This document shows positions 62,301 through 64,000 of a stretch of 64,000 nucleotides of DNA, in pieces. The position numbers and the translations under genes were made by a program. The notes under the pieces were generated by a model that saw nothing but the letters and a program-made list of their open reading frames with translations, searched no databases and was not told the origin of the DNA. This DNA is from Malacoraja senta (lineage: Eukaryota), in contig JAXLNO010003834.1 of assembly GCA_038087875.1 (NCBI GenBank), forward strand, positions 186,001 through 250,000, given 5' to 3'. Each line of letters begins with the position of its first letter. Within the stretch, counting starts at the first letter, position 1.

Positions 62301-62341
62301 CACACACACGCACAACACACACACACACACACCACACACAA
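62301..62341. repeat. (CA)n microsatellite; others at ~355-420 (CA/C-rich), 19891-19914 (TA)n+Tn, 23592-23609 (GT)n
   Basis: Directly visible. Confidence 0.9.
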
Positions 62342-63083
62342 CGCATGCAGACTATCTGTTATGCACTGAAGTAACAGGATGTCGTCAAGGCATTTAGTAA
62401 ATATGTCACAAAGTAGCTAACATCCCTGCTGCGTGCAACACTTTCCAATGTCTCAGCTGGATCGTTGCCAGAACTCCCCCCTGTGTCCTTGTTCTGTTGT
62501 ATTAACGCTCTCAACAACAAAAAAATGGAACCGAGAACATAAACTGATGATTTGTTATCACCCACTCTAGACGGCTGAGCAGGGCAATTTTTAATTCTGA
62601 TGAAAGGTCATTGACAAAAAAGGTTTCTTCGTCCACAGATGCTGTCCAACCAACTGAGTATCTCCAACGTTTTCTAATTTTATTTCATGTTTCCAACATC
62701 TGCTGCTTTACAATGACATAATTCTTTGTCATTGCCATGTGCCTCACTTTGAACAAATGGATTATAGCCAGGGTTCTCCTCAAAATTCTTTGCTTTTTCT
62801 CTTGGGCATGGATTTCATTAACTCTTCCTCCACTTCAACTTTAATTAAAAGATATGTGTCCTTCCTGGTTTACAGCAGGATTCTGTTCCTGAGAACTGTT
62901 CATAAACCAAACATTTTGTTAGTTGGAAATGGGGCCGCAAACCTAGTCCTTGCTCTGCAGAAGATGTCGGGGAGGTGGGTCGTCCCACAGCGGGGGGGTC
63001 ATTTCAAATCTCATTTTGCCATTCTTAATATGATATGATATTAGCAATTTTAATAGGTTCCAGCTAATAATAATATTTTAAAA

Positions 63084-63404
63084 GGACAGCACTGTGGCGC
63101 AGCTGGTAGAACTGCTGCTTTACACCACCAGAGACCCGGGTTGGATCCTGACTTCAAGTGCTGTCTGTGTGGAGTTTGCACATTCTCCCCGTGACCATGT
63201 GGTTTTCTTCCGGGTGCTCTGGATTTCTCCCACATCCCAAAGACATGTGGGTTTCTAGGTCGGTTGGCCTCTGTAAATTGCCCCTAGTGCGTAAAGAGGT
63301 GGATGATAAAGTGGGATAACATCAAACTAATGTGAACGGGTGATCCATGGTCGGCGTGGACTCAATGAGCCAAAGGACCTGTTTCCATGTTGTATCTTTC
63401 AACA
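63084..63404 (+). mobile_element. HE1/V-SINE-like copy
   Basis: gcactgtggcgcagctggtagaactgctg head, V core, tail gagccaaaggacctgtttcc. Confidence 0.9.
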
Positions 63405-64000
63405 ATAAAAAAAATGTTGCCGTTCAATGTGATTTTGAAAAAGACGCTGCTGCTGACCCAGATTGCGTGTCTCCCAAATAATTCATAAAATGGACAAGAA
63501 TGTGTTAACTAGAATTTAATGTTCCTGGGTTCAATGTGCCTTTTAAATCAATTTGTATCAGTTAAATGTGTGTTCTACATTAATATTTTAAACATCTATT
63601 TTACCAGCAGAAAAGGCTTTTGAAACTTATGTTGGACTCTGTGGTGGGGAGTAATGTTGGGAAATTCTGGCCAGCTCTGGAATCTGGGAGTTTTATGTTT
63701 GTTTTGTAGGGGTGTCTTGAGAAAGATTACTTACTTGCAGTTGGGGAGTTCAGCCCGGGTGCATGAAACACCATCAATTAAAAATTGGCACAAAGAGTTT
63801 AGGAGAAATGGCCTTTTGGCAGAAATTTGTTTGACATATCTTTTAAGGTTAGCTGAATTTGAGTCCAAGTGGCCACTGTGTGATTTTTCTCATCTCTTGA
63901 TCATAAGTTTAGGTCTCTGGATTGCTTGTCCAGTAACTCAATAACTGTGCTACTGCAGAAGGCTATCGAACCATGATCTGAACACTTCAGCACAATTAAA

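Overview
Eukaryotic, AT-rich, transposon-dense genomic DNA. The repeat content (HE1/V-SINE-like, HER1/CR1-like, SacSINE1-like DeuSINE) points to a cartilaginous fish, probably a skate or ray; this is inference. The only host gene I can support is the 3' end of ERC1 (ELKS/CAST family) on the + strand. It has a 192-nt internal exon (31691-31882) and the terminal coding exon (58257-58394), which ends ...IADHCPDILELVVNALEESS*, the FIP-RBD-type C-terminus of the ubiquitous isoform. The ORF track misses both exons. The rest is intron or 3' region filled with CR1, Rex1/Babar, L2, Tx1-like and Penelope-like (PLE) retroelements, tRNA-derived SINEs and TIR MITEs. The most striking signal is a family of about 15 short PLE-derived insertions. 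Several carry a minimal hammerhead-ribozyme motif (CTGAAGA-stem-GAAACGTC). The better-preserved copies are fold-back structures with two fixed, outward-facing termini about 37 nt apart on the parent sequence, a variable centre, and 10-17 bp target-site duplications. This suggests reverse transcription primed on both target strands. Most ORFs in the supplied track are spurious or TE fragments. TE boundaries were read by eye (about +/-10-30 nt unless a TSD is given), and family assignments come from recalled consensus motifs, not database searches.
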